Source: Phallusia mammillata
Lineage: Eukaryota
Direction: 5' to 3'
Assembly: GCA_965637545.1 (NCBI GenBank)
Contig: OZ281501.1
Span: 11,842,001 to 11,906,000, forward strand
DNA length: 64,000 nt
A program made the translations under genes and the position numbers. Below, one piece after another: positions 1 through 12,081 of the stretch. Under the pieces are notes generated by a model. It saw only the letters and a program-made list of their open reading frames with translations, was not told the DNA's origin and did not search any database. Positions within the stretch are counted from its first letter, which is position 1; every line of letters starts with the position of its first letter.

Positions 1-599
1 GCTGCTACACTAAATTGTTACTTAAATCACAAGTTATTTAACTAAAGTAGATCATTTTATGTAATTTTACAACAACTCGGACTAAAAACTTAACTAAACT
101 TGCAACCTAGGCGGATAAGTAACAACTGAAAGTATCCAAGTTGATTTGTGCAAAAATTTGACAAATCAGCATCATTTGACAAACTGTTCACAAAAAGTTC
201 CTGTAAGCGTATTCGCGCCGTAAGCGTGTTCAAACCACCTGTTTCAGGCGTATTGGCAATCGGAGATCTCCAATACGCTTTGCCTTTTTCCTTTTTCGGA
301 AACGAGAGAAATGCGTATCGATTAAGCGTGTTGAATACGCTTAAACGCTCCATGTAAACTGATGTAGAAATAAGCGCTTACCAAAGCCCTGTTGTACCGT
401 ATTTGATTTTTGTCAAGAATCGTCGCATTTCAGTTTCGGGAAATCCCCAAATACAAGTTTTCAGCTTTGCCTGCAAGTTGCAACAATTATTGTGTTTCAA
501 AGCGCTTTAACAATTGGTTAAGTAACGCAGTACCAGCGTGTTACATGTCACTAACATACAATAAATGTTTTGTACTGTTTTCAGGGTGTCTTATAACAA

Positions 600-3500
600 A
601 TGAAGTCCCCCAAAAGAATTTGCATTATCGGAGGTGGTGCAAGTGGACTTACTGCCATAAAATGTTGTTTGGATGAATGTTTAATTCCTGTTTGCTATGA
701 AAGATCTGGCGATATTGGGGGTAAGTCTTGGTGGCAATGAAAAGTATTTAAAATGTGTCTTTAGGAACTAATCATTTGCCTCTGTGCTTTTTTAAATGGT
801 TAGTTTACTTTATCACAATAGTCTTGATATCATATTACCCCTATGGTGGTTCATTACATTTACACAAACAAGAACTGAGTGTTAGCTTGGATAAATTTGT
901 TAAGTGTATAAAAGTGCTTCAAAATTGCATAGGTTTGTGGAGATACACAGAGGAAAAGACTGTTGGTGCTTGTGTCTACAAATCAACCATTATTAACACT
1001 AGTAAAGAAATGATGTGTTTCTCAGACTTTCCAATTCCTGAGCACTTTCCAAACTTTATGCACAACACAAAAATTGTGGAGTATTTTAGGATGTATGCAA
1101 ACAAGTTGAGTGATATATATATTTACTGTTTATTTTTGTGGTATCACATGTTTTTGTGGCTTATCTGTTTGCAATGCTATCATAAACTTTTGTTCATGCT
1201 CCTAATGGTGCATGCTACAGTATATCAATATCAACCTATATGTTAAACAGGTTTGGATTAGATAAGCACATTCAATTTAAAACTGAAGTTGTATCATGTG
1301 AGTTTGCGAGGGATTATCATGAAACTGGAAGATGGTAAGTGTTACCAACCAAAGATAGGATATACATCCAACCAGGATGTTAAATGACATTGCAAATCAA
1401 TTGTTTTGGGTTCGAGCTTTTTTTTAATCTACCACTAGTTTCAAAACCACGATGGACTGTTTATGCAAATCAGGAAAACTATTTTTTTTAAATTACCACT
1501 TTTGCACTTGATGCAAACCTTAAAAGTGTGGCTTTCAGCTTGTCATACACATGTATTCAAAGGGTAACGTTAGAAACAAAGCGTCCGCTACTTAACACTA
1601 TGTATTTGTTTTCTTAACACTATGCATTTGTTTAAGTGTTTGTTGGTGAAAACATAACAGACATTGTTCTGATAGAGAAGGCTGTAGGCACAAATACTGT
1701 TTCATATAATTTAGAAAACACAAAACATGTTTATCACTTGGGTGGGTTTGCAAATGCAGGGAAAAGTCATCTTCAGAAAGTGGCAGCCAGTGAGTTATGA
1801 AATATATAATAGTAATGGGACGAGTACCCGGTACTCACATGGGCTTCCGCAGGAAACAATACAGGGGAGGGCAATACTATCGTCACATCGCCGTTCGATA
1901 AACGGTATTTCAGAACAAAAACCATCTGACAGTGATACTCATTCTTGTCAATCCCAATGTAGCAAAGTAGTGCAATAAACAGAATATTAACTATCACTGA
2001 AGTATGTGGTAGGTTGGCAAATAACTTTTTAACGTAAGTAGAATTTACATACACATACCTTATTAGATGTAATAACAGACACAGTGAAGGTATCACATAA
2101 TGGCTTTTTTACACATCCATCAATGACGTAATAATATGCTTGTTACTGAGCTATTGATAAGTAATAATGTTCGATTCATTTAATCTGTTGTAAAACCTCA
2201 TCCTGTTGTGTTACAGTTACAGCTTGTATTGGGTGCATTTAACAGGGTGGGTCATTCCATGTCAACTGCCCAGGCCAGTTAACCCACCCCCTCAGATTTT
2301 TATAAAATTTAAAATGTGAATGCAGCTAGTTACACTGATTTCAACAACAAATTTTTTTTTGAAAACTATCAATGTTTCACGAAGTTATGACTTTTTGAAA
2401 ATATGTCAAAAATGTGATCACTGCAGCGACGCGCATCAATGATTTTTAAAATACTGTGTTTAAAATGTCAGATTTCTTTCTAATTTGTATATTGTGGTCA
2501 TTTTAGTAGGTTAGGTGAACCTTTAGGACATTCTCAATCACCTCATTATAGTTTTTCATGTTTTTGAAATACGGGTCAGTAATTTAAGGGGGTTCAGTTT
2601 GGGGGTATGCAAATGTGCATTCATGCGTAACGACAACTTTAAAAGCTCATATCTTGAAGAGCACACTAGCTACAAAGTTGAGTAATGGCTCAAATGAAAG
2701 CTCTTGCTGAGTACTTTCCTTGTTCTTAATTTGATAATGCTTCTCTGTAATTTGTTTGAAGCAGGGTCATAATAAAACACAGGTTCATTTTTCGGATATT
2801 TTTGTGATACTGCTTTTATTATCTATACTTTATGTGCCCTAATTTGTGATTAAAAAGTTGTTAAAATGCAAAAGTTTAGTGTAGGTGCCTCACTGGATAC
2901 TGAATGCCACAAAAAGGCATATCCAGCACAAAAACAAGGTATTTTACCAATTGACTCTCTAACAGATGAAGAACAAGTGCTTCTGAACATTCGAGTTGCT
3001 GCTGATAAGGGCAATGAATGTTGTTTGGAGAACATATGTATTTTCCACAAGTACAATTACATTGGTCGGTACCCTTCTATGCAGAAGAAGTGTTGTCCTT
3101 TTCAAGTCCACACCAAACCAGTCAAAAACTGTAGTATACATTCTATCACTTGAGAATGTTACCAGAAATATAAAAATTAAAATTTAAACATTGTCCCGGG
3201 AAAAAAGGTGTGTGTCAACTACAGTACAAGACTTAAAGAAACTCTCTCTCAAAATGTATCATCAAATGAAGAAGCTTCGAGTTTGACTGACAGTGATATA
3301 TATAACATTGCATTTACTGTTGAAGCAAACGAATCTTTCAGCAGGCTTAATGAAAGTTTACAGAGCGTTGAGGTGAATAACTGTGAAGTTGCATGGTGTG
3401 CCTTCAAGCAGTAACATTTTCTATGGGAAAAGAAAATTATTTCAAATTCATGATGCCTTCATGCAAAGATGTCCAATTTTTTTTAATGTCAGTGACGTAG

Positions 3501-6500
3501 CCCTATAGCAAGACCAACCTGACACTAAAGATGAAGACAAAATGAAAATAAAATCTTTTGACAACATTATCTCTAAAATGAAAAAAATTAAGAACAGTGG
3601 CAGTACGATAGCAGAAAAAATACAAGTCCCCATAATGACACCCAAGTAACTGGTCAAGAGAAAAGACTAGCTCAAACGGAAAATCACACCTTTTCACGGT
3701 ACAATGTTTAAATTTTAATTTTTATATTTTTGATAATATTCCCAAGTGATAGGACGTATATTACGATTTTTGACTGGTTTGGTGTGGACATGAAAAGGAC
3801 AACACTTCTTCTGCATAGAAGGGTACCGACCAATGTAATTGTACTTGTGGAAAATACATATGTTCTCCAAACAATATTCATTGCCCTTATCAGCAGCAAC
3901 TCGAATATTCAGAAGCACTTGTTCTTCATCTGTTAGAGAGTCAATTGGTAAAGTACCTTGTTTTTTTGCTGGATATGCCTTTTTGTGGCATTCAGTATCC
4001 AGTGAGACACCTACACTAAACTTTTGCATCTTAACAACTTTTAATCACAAATTAGGGCACATAAAGTATAGATAATAAAAGCAGTATCACAAAAATATCC
4101 GAAAAATGAACCTGTGTTTTATTATGACCCTGCTTCAAACAAATTACAGAGAAGCATTATCAAATTAAGAACAAGGAAAGTACTCAGCAAGAGCTTTCAT
4201 TTGAGCCATTACTCAACTTTGTAGCTAATGTGCTCTTTAAGATATGAGCTTTTAAAGTTGTCGTTACGCATGAATGCATATTCGCATACCCCCAAACTGA
4301 ACCCCCTTAAATTACTGACCCATATTTCAAAAACATGAAAAACTATAATGAGGTGATTGAGAATGACCTAAAGGTTCACCTAACGTACCAAAATGACCAC
4401 AATATACAAATTAGAAAGAAATACAACATTTTAAACATAGTACATCAAAAAGCATTGATGCGCGTCGCTGCAGTGATCACATATTTGACATATTTTAAAA
4501 ATGTCGTAACTTCGTGAAACATTGATAGATTTAAAAAATAAAATTTTTGTTGAAATCAGTGTAACTAGCTGCATGGACATGTGAAATTTGAAGAAAATCT
4601 GAGAGGGTGGGTTAACTTTTGCCATTTTTCTGGGACGTTTGACATGGAATGACCCAGGGTGGAGACCCACGACGTCTTCAGTTTACGTTCCAGGAAAAGT
4701 TTTTGTATAACACTGTGTGAATGTTTATTGTGTTTTAAGATGCGGATTTTGCGACCTTTTGCGTTTTTCTTTTTTCCAGGGGGGGCACACGCCCCCGCTG
4801 CAGACGCCCATGGGTACTCAGTATCGAACGATTTCAGTAGTATCGATACTCATACGCGGTATCTAAATATTTTATCTCAGTTTTCAATACCGCAGGCCGG
4901 TTTTCACCATAAGAATACGGGCTTTTTGCCAATATTTGCTTCGGACAGCACAAAAATGCGCTTTTATGTGGAGATTACATTTTTCTGCATGTGTTTGTGT
5001 GCACGTCTGTACCCCGGCCATGGCAGATAAATTAGATAGTGATATACAACTAAGTACAACACTAAACTTAATTACTCGGTAATCATACTCAGTACTTGGT
5101 ATCGAAGGTATATACATGTGGTCCCGGTATCGGTACTCGCTTCAAAACCTGGTATCGACCCATCACTTATTTATACTTCATTCTACTTCTAACTAAGTGT
5201 CCAAAAAGAGAGTTTTTTTTGTAGGATTGTTCGATCCAAAAACATTGAAACAAAAGAAGAAGTTGTAAACCTGTTTGACGGAATTATTGTTGCTGTAGGA
5301 CACCATGCAGTGCCATATTTACCACTGTCATCTTTTGCAGGTACAGTACATATTTATATACTTCTGTTAATCCAGCTTTGTTTTAGTCATATTTAAACAT
5401 TACATGTATTGGTCATTTATCTACTTTCAAGGTTTTGAGCTGTTTGGTGGGGGTCATATGCACAGTCATGATTACAGAAATTTCAATGGATTTGAAAACA
5501 AAAGGGTATTGGTTGTTGGAATTGGAAATTCTGGTGGAGATATATCTGTTGAGTTGAGTAGGGTTGCCAAACAGGTATGTGTTTTGGTTTCATTCAACAC
5601 AAATCTCAGATTTAATTGTATATTTTTTGCCAAAGGTGTTTTTAAGTACCCGAAGAGGTGCATGGGTCATGAATCGAGTAGATGATTATGGACTACCACT
5701 AGATATTGTACGAATAAACAGGTAACAATAGACCTGATTAATGCAAACTCTTGCTATTCCTAAAATATTCATTATACATTTTGTTACTTCGCCACTTATA
5801 AAGGGGACACATATTCCCCATTTTTTTGTTTCTTTCTTATATCTTTTTTTTAGGTTCCAAATGCATTTAATTTTTATTAAATAGGCGTTTCAGGTTGTGA
5901 CTTATACCTTTGGCTCATGAGACCACAACACAAATTTTAAATGGTATTCTGAAGGTTACCATGGTACCAAGTTTAAAATCATTTTTTTGCAATTTTTTCG
6001 TGGATACATACTCTTAGAGACAAAAAACTGAACTCTCATTCTATTCAGGTTTAATCAGTTCCTGCTTAACAAACTTCCATCAGCTGTGACTAACTTTTAT
6101 GGACAGACTGTGCTCAACAAAAAATTTGACCATGAAACATATGGCCTTCGACCAAAGCATGCAGTACTTTCTCAGGTATTCAATATCTTTTAGGTGACAT
6201 GTTTATTTAAAAGTAATACTTCCTGGACACAGAAATTGTTGTCAAAAAGAACAGTAACAGAGTTTGTTTGACACTATATGTATAGCATCCGATGATTAAC
6301 GATGATTTGCCAAATAGAGTGCTAAGTGGAACTCTAACTGTCAAGGGAAATGTTTCTAGTTTTGCCAAAAATGGAGTATATTTTGAAGACAATACATTTG
6401 AACAAATAGACTATGTAATTTTTGCAACAGGTTATAACTTTGCCTATCCATTTTTGGACAATCAAATTTTAAAGGTGAGTTTCTGTTTTATTTAACGATC

Positions 6501-9500
6501 AAATTTATTTAATCTATTTTACTGTATGTCAGGTTAAAAACAACGAGACAGACCTCTATAAATATATATGGCCACCCCAGCTAGAAAGAAGCACCCTTGC
6601 TGTTGTTGGTGCCATTCAACCTGGAGGTGCAGTAAATCCAATTTCTGAACTTCAGTGCCGTTGGATCACAAGATTATTTAAAGGTTGGTTTGTTCATAAT
6701 ACCATACATAGATGTGAAAAATCCAAATCGACAGCCCCTGCTAAGAACTGCATTTTAAAATGTTTAATTTTTATGCAGTTGCTATGAATATTTTGCTTTT
6801 AATCATTACTGATATCACATATTTTATGTACTTTTAGTTGTGGTAACATATAGGACACATTATAAATGAAACCGATGGACACAACAGGAAATAATTATGG
6901 GTCCCCTTCCCTGAAGGGGACACATATTGATTTTACTCGAATTGTTTTTTGTTTGTTTTTCTTCCTTTTTTTTCTTCCCAAAGTTTGTCCGACTCGCTTT
7001 TCCATCAAATGTTTGATGGATTTGGCTGAAATTTACACAGATGGTAGATATAGTTATGTAGATGTGCATCCCACTTTGTTTTTGTTGATCCCCAGTATTT
7101 ACCCCGCTAGCCCCCTAAAATGGGTATTTTCCCCCCGAAGTTTGTCCGACTCGTTTTTCCATCAAATGTTTGATGGATTTGGCTGAAATTTACACATATG
7201 GTAGATATAGTTATGTAGATGTGCATCCCACTTTGTTTTTGTTGATAACCCCAGTATTTACCCCGCTATCCCCCTAAAATGGGTGAGTTTTTAAACAGTG
7301 TCAGAATTGGCTGAAATTTGGATTTCATGTATAGTATGCCATTTATAGGTGTCGATTGTTGTGTTCAACCCTGTAGTCCTAACATTTACCCCATAAGCCC
7401 CTAAAGTGTAAAACGTATTTGTATGTTACTGGGCACCACAAACGAAAGATTTCTTTGGAGCAATAGTGTTACAAGGGCAACCAGTTGTATGTTGCTCGTT
7501 GGTGGGTTGCTTGGTGATCGTTTTTGCGCCATGGCAGTTAGGGGCTTGTTAACAGCCCTATGACGTCAGAAACATTAACGGTTGTTGCTCAAAACACCTC
7601 TAGTGGTCGAAATTTTAAACATTGGCGGACTGGGCTGAAATTTTGCAGTACTATTGATGGAGTCATTGTGGATTTTTTAGTTTGTGTGTCGAACCCAATT
7701 AGTTGCCTTACTAGCCCCCTAAAATGGGTCCGTTTTTTAAAACGTTAAATAGGACATACTTCAAACAATATCTGGGGTGAATCTAATTTTATAGTTTGTA
7801 TTCTACATAGTATTATTATTTAAGCCCAGTGCCGATCACTGTGTTTTACCTTACAACACCCGACTTTCTCATGGTTATCTCTTGAAATGCATTATTTTCA
7901 AGTTTGCATGTGTGGGGACCCATGAGTTTTTGCCTGCAGAAACGACTAAAGTTATAAAAGACAGTGGCTAATATGGGACCCAATACAAAATAAGCATAGG
8001 AAATATATTTATGTTGTAAAATAGGTTATAGTGTATATGCAAGGTCAATATGTGCTAAGCCACCCTTCTAGTTTAATACTGTACTTAGGTGTAAATTATT
8101 ATTTGAATTGGCTACAAACATGATACAACATGATATAAAACATCAATATAAAAAAATGAAATGTTTGTTATCACTGGCCTAGTTCAATGTTACTCAAAAT
8201 AAACCACAAATTTGTTTCAAGGTTTATCTGAGCTACCTTCCAAGCCCACAATGAACTTTTACATCCAAAGACAAAAAGATGACATGAAAAAAAGATACTA
8301 TGCCACACAAAGACACACTGTGCAGGCAATTTTTTTATATATTTGCATAAAACCCATCTAGTACAGGGGTCAGCAACCTTTTTTGTGATTCATGCCAATG
8401 CTTGTTCTTTCCATGTGGTTATGACTTCACAATATTTTTCTGAGTAATAGTGGTTTGTCCAGCTGGTATCAATAGTAAACAGAAAGCAGACAGATTAGTG
8501 TGCTTTGGCTGGAATTTAAGTCTATTGAATGATAAACAAATGTAAAATTAGTTATTAAAAAAAAAACACTAATGTACAACTTAACATACCGCTGGTGACG
8601 TAAGAGACCTTAAAACTAGCGTAGAATGGGGAATTTTTGTGACGTCATAATGCACCGAGCATCGAGCATTAACCTGGGATGCTCGGTGCTCGACCAAACA
8701 GAACATTTGCAGTTTTGGCACATCCCTAGTATATATAGTGCATGAACAGCACCCACTCATTCTCTACACCAGGGGTACGTGTACCCCTTGGGGGTATGAA
8801 GCACCAAAGCAGGGGGTACGACATGCATATTTGTAAAGAATGTGCAACAAGTTACTTTGTTATATGTCTAGAACGGGTTGGTTTTGTACTACTTACAATA
8901 CTGTTTTAAAGCATGCATTTGACATGCAAGTTATAAATACACTGAGTTTAATTCCTATTATTACAATTTTATTTACTTCCATCGGCCATTGTAGACAAGG
9001 GGTACGAGAAAATTTCATGAAAGCTCAAAGGGTACGAGCGCTAAAAAGGTTAAGAAACACTGCTCTACACTTTCAATGTAAGAAAAAGAGTCTTATGCCT
9101 AAATCAAGAATTTCTGCACAACCTAGGCTTCTAAATTGTGATGTGTATTTTTATTTTGTGCTTGTGCCACAACTTGTGTACAGATTTTAAATTTCTGCAG
9201 GTGGATTATGTGAAATACATGGATGAGCTTGCTGCTGAAATCGGTGTAAAACCGAACCTCTTGCGGCTTGCAATTATGGACCCAGTGCTGGCCTATAAGG
9301 TACATTTCGCTTGTTAATGACAATCAGCGCACTCCAATAAAAGTGGTGTATTGAAAGCAACTATTTCGTTTGGGGGTAAATGAATGCTAATATGAACTAA
9401 ACTGAGCTTTTTTGTTAAAAACTAAACTGAACTCTTTTGTTGGGAAAACACTTTGTTATAACTCCAGAACCCAAACAATGATACTAGTTATGTATTAAAG

Positions 9501-9735
9501 TTTCAGTGCATTTTATCTCTTCTTGTAGGTGTTTTTCCACGCTTGTACTCCATATCAGTACAGACTTTCAGGGCCAGGAAAATGGAAACAGGCAAGAGAA
9601 AATATCATGACGCAACATGAGCGTGTGAAACTTCCTCTGAAAACTCGTCCAAGTGTGCACAAAACTGGGTTGTCACACTTTTTATCATTTTTTCTTGTTG
9701 CAGTGATTGCTATATTCATATATCTCACAATTTAA
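600..9735 (+). CDS. FMO: Flavin-containing monooxygenase (FMO5/FMO2-like dimethylaniline monooxygenase), 12 coding exons, 532 aa
   Basis: Exons 600-720, 933-1104, 1251-1334, 5225-5340, 5432-5574, 5636-5721, 6049-6175, 6286-6474, 6533-6683, 8222-8325, 9201-9299, 9529-9735 sum to 1599 nt with consistent phases. Motifs: FAD site GGGASG, FMO signature [11 protein letters not shown] (FxGxxxHxxxY), NADPH site GIGNSG, FATGY, C-terminal hydrophobic anchor. Intron 10 needs a GC donor. An acceptor at 584 implies an upstream non-coding exon or trans-splicing. Confidence 0.95.
2249..4655. mobile_element. Fold-back DNA transposon derivative with ~960-bp inverted arms in FMO intron 3
   Basis: GGGTCATTCCATGTC at 2249 and its reverse complement ending at 4655. 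Inverted similarity runs inward to ~3212 and ~3686 (about 90%). AGGGT flanks both ends (2244-2248, 4656-4660), a 5-bp TSD. Confidence 0.9.
2866..3685 (+). pseudogene. Degenerate N-terminal transposase-like coding remnant inside the fold-back element (its 5' part is mirrored at 3715-4029 on the - strand)
   Basis: Broken reading frames give Cys/His-rich [31 protein letters not shown], then [10 protein letters not shown], then [13 protein letters not shown], interrupted by stops and frameshifts. From memory this resembles N-termini of DDE transposases from long-TIR, GGG-terminated (Sola2-like) elements. The family call is unverified. Confidence 0.45.
6981..7284. repeat. Tandem duplication with ~157-bp period, with more diverged partial copies at ~7304-7410 and ~7625-7730
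   Basis: Two near-identical units AAGTTTGTCCGACTCG...CCCCTAAAATGGGT at 6981-7125 and 7138-7284. The motifs GGCTGAAATTT and CCCCTAAA recur in the downstream partial units. Confidence 0.85.
8770..9062. mobile_element. hAT-type MITE
   Basis: Starts CAGGGGTACG and ends GGTTAAGAAACACTG; the two termini match imperfectly. 8-bp TSD CTCTACAC at 8762-8769 and 9063-9070. Confidence 0.75.
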
Positions 9736-10355
9736 TTATTTTTTTTTAGTTTTTAAAGCAGGTTGCATCAATGCAATTTAAGAGAGGAGAAATTGAGTGT
9801 TATAAAAAAATATTTGTGATCCTGGTTTATTAACTTCTAACCAAAAAAATACTTGTGAAATCTTCTTCAACATGTTAAATATTTATTCATGTCGAGAAAT
9901 TTAATCACAGTTACTTTCGTTTGTATTTTATTGGAAGCAATGTTTTTTGAAAGCTTGTCCTGATCAGCATAATGGTGATTCAACCTCACCCTAGCTACCC
10001 GGTCCCCAAACATTTGGGCCATGAAAAGAAGAAGTTTGGGATTCACTGTTGTAGGCCTACTTCTAAGATTTTATTTCTTCTTTTTTAAAGTGATGTTATG
10101 CAATTAAGGTTATCCATATGCAATTTTTTAAGCATTTTTATGTATTTAATTGTGTTCGTACTGTTTTTGCAATCGTTTTTTTTTAATTGAAACCTCGTTG
10201 AAATAAACAGTAATTTAGAAAAGTTGCAGAGGGCTCAGCATTTTTGAATTATTGATGGTTAGTTTTAGGTCAGAAATATTCTAGTAGGTACCTCACAGTT
10301 GCGTCTAAGCAGCGATCGAATGTTAGCACGTAACAAGGAACTTAAACTGTTAGGT

Positions 10356-11147
10356 CAGGGGTCGCCAACCTTTACCACCCAAAGAGCCACTCGGACCAGT
10401 TTCACGTAGTAAAAAAACACTGGGAGCCACAAAGTCGTTTTAAAATTTAAAATAAAATGCAAAACGTTTTTAGTCTTATGACATTCGACTTTTTGTTGTT
10501 GTTTAGCTAGTGTTTCATTGCATATTAGACACACCGGTATACTAGTCTCGTCAGCAGAGAAACAACTTTACGTAGCGTTGCATATTCTGTTTTTGCAGAT
10601 TTGTATTCTATTGTTAACGCGTTTCTAACGTAACAATTAACAAACAGCTATTGTTACGCGCGCACACACACTGCAAACAAAAACAGTATTGTCTCATATT
10701 GCGCCTGGCCCATTGAAGGCGCTATACCGAATCAGCCGGTCACCAAGCATTCACCACCGGCTGATTCGGTATAGCGCCTTCAATGGGCCTGGCGTACTGT
10801 GATTTATATATGAGTGTGCCGTGATCGCTGGTCTGCATAGACGCTTTAGGGTTGATCCCAGTTATGAATTTATGTTTGTCTCATATTGCGTATTAACCTG
10901 CGCTCCGCCAGTTTGCCTCTTTCAGACTTCACGTTTGATGGTATAGAGATGGGGTTGCAGGTAACTACAACAAGCTAGTACAGTCATGCTACTGCACTTC
11001 AATTTTCGTGTTCGACTTTTGTGTTCAGCATAATCGTCACATAATTTTTATTCAAATGTACAACATTTGGTAAATTCAAAAACTGAGCCGCATCAGAGGG
11101 ATCAAAGAGCCGCATGCGGCTCCGGAGCAGCGGGTTGGCGACCCCTG
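10356..11147. mobile_element. hAT-type MITE with a nested insertion
   Basis: TIRs CAGGGGTCGCCAACC / GGTTGGCGACCCCTG. Perfect 8-bp TSD TGTTAGGT at 10348-10355 and 11148-11155. Confidence 0.92.
10704..10875. mobile_element. Rearranged partial copy of the tRNA-containing element at 50835-51158
   Basis: Shares CCATTGAAGGCGCTATACCGAATCAGCCGGTCACCAAGCATTCACCACC and, in reverse complement, AACATAAATTCATAACTGGGATCA.CCCT.AAGCGTCTATGC with the 50.8-51.2 kb copy. Flanked by the 15-bp direct repeat TTGTCTCATATTGCG (10689-10703, 10876-10890). Confidence 0.8.
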
Positions 11148-12081
11148 TGTTAGGTGTTAAGATTGTTTTAAGTATTAATGAGTAGTCGGTCTTATCGTTG
11201 CTTCTCCAAACAATAAAAATGACTTCAAACAACAGGCGAAAGACTAGAAACGTTGTTAAAAGTTCAAACGTTTGTACGCGTAGTGTTATGTAACATAATT
11301 TCGATAAGTGTGAGAGAAACTGCGGACAGAGAATTGTCACAGTACGTTATTAACACCGTTTCACATCCTGATATCAATGTGTTTTATGTCGCAACAACGT
11401 GGTTACCTGCAGTCACTAGCCTTGTTCTGTGTCATTGTCATCTGCTCTTAAGCATTATCTCAGAAGTTCGTTGCAACAGAAAGTAAAACAGACGAGTTGA
11501 AAAACCCTCAGAAAGTTAGCTCGCGGAGTGTTCGTTATTATAGGTCGCTAAACCTTTACCAGACTTATTGCATGTGAACAGCAAAACTAAAGTGTGCGGC
11601 TTTTTGTCAAATCCGGTCTTGATTTTCATTGGAGTGCATTTTTAGGTGGGTCTAATGTTGTAGTCGCTAGGACTTGATACATTAGTCCTACCCACAAGAA
11701 AAGTATTCTTTAGACGTTACATCAATTACATTTTTGGCTCGCCGTCATTGAAAAAATGTTAAAATGGCATCTTACATGATTTGAAAGTTGTGTGTAGGTG
11801 AAAAAAGCGGTAAGAAAATGTGCGGCAATTAACTGGAAACAGTCATTTAAAATATTATAGTCAGGCAAGGTGTAACTATAGTTATCTGGTCTGCTGACAA
11901 TGGTTTATTAAATAATTCGTATTTTTTTAAGAAAACGCCAAAAATAGTCAATAAGGACCTGTTTCACTTTTGTGTTGACAACCAGATGATTTGAAGGTTT
12001 AACTGTAACCTAATTGAACGGGACTAAATGTACTTTTAAATGCCCGCAGCATACATTGGGTTTGTTGATAATCACGGCATC

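Noticed and set aside
1810-5168. Larger hAT-like element (TAGTAATGGG.. / ..CCCATCACT) enclosing the fold-back
   Set aside because: The termini match only loosely and no TSD was found. The GGTATC/GATAC-rich segments are probably MITE fragments but cannot be delimited.
6981-7730. CRISPR-like array
   Set aside because: The context is eukaryotic, the units are ~157 bp without unique spacers, and there are no cas genes.
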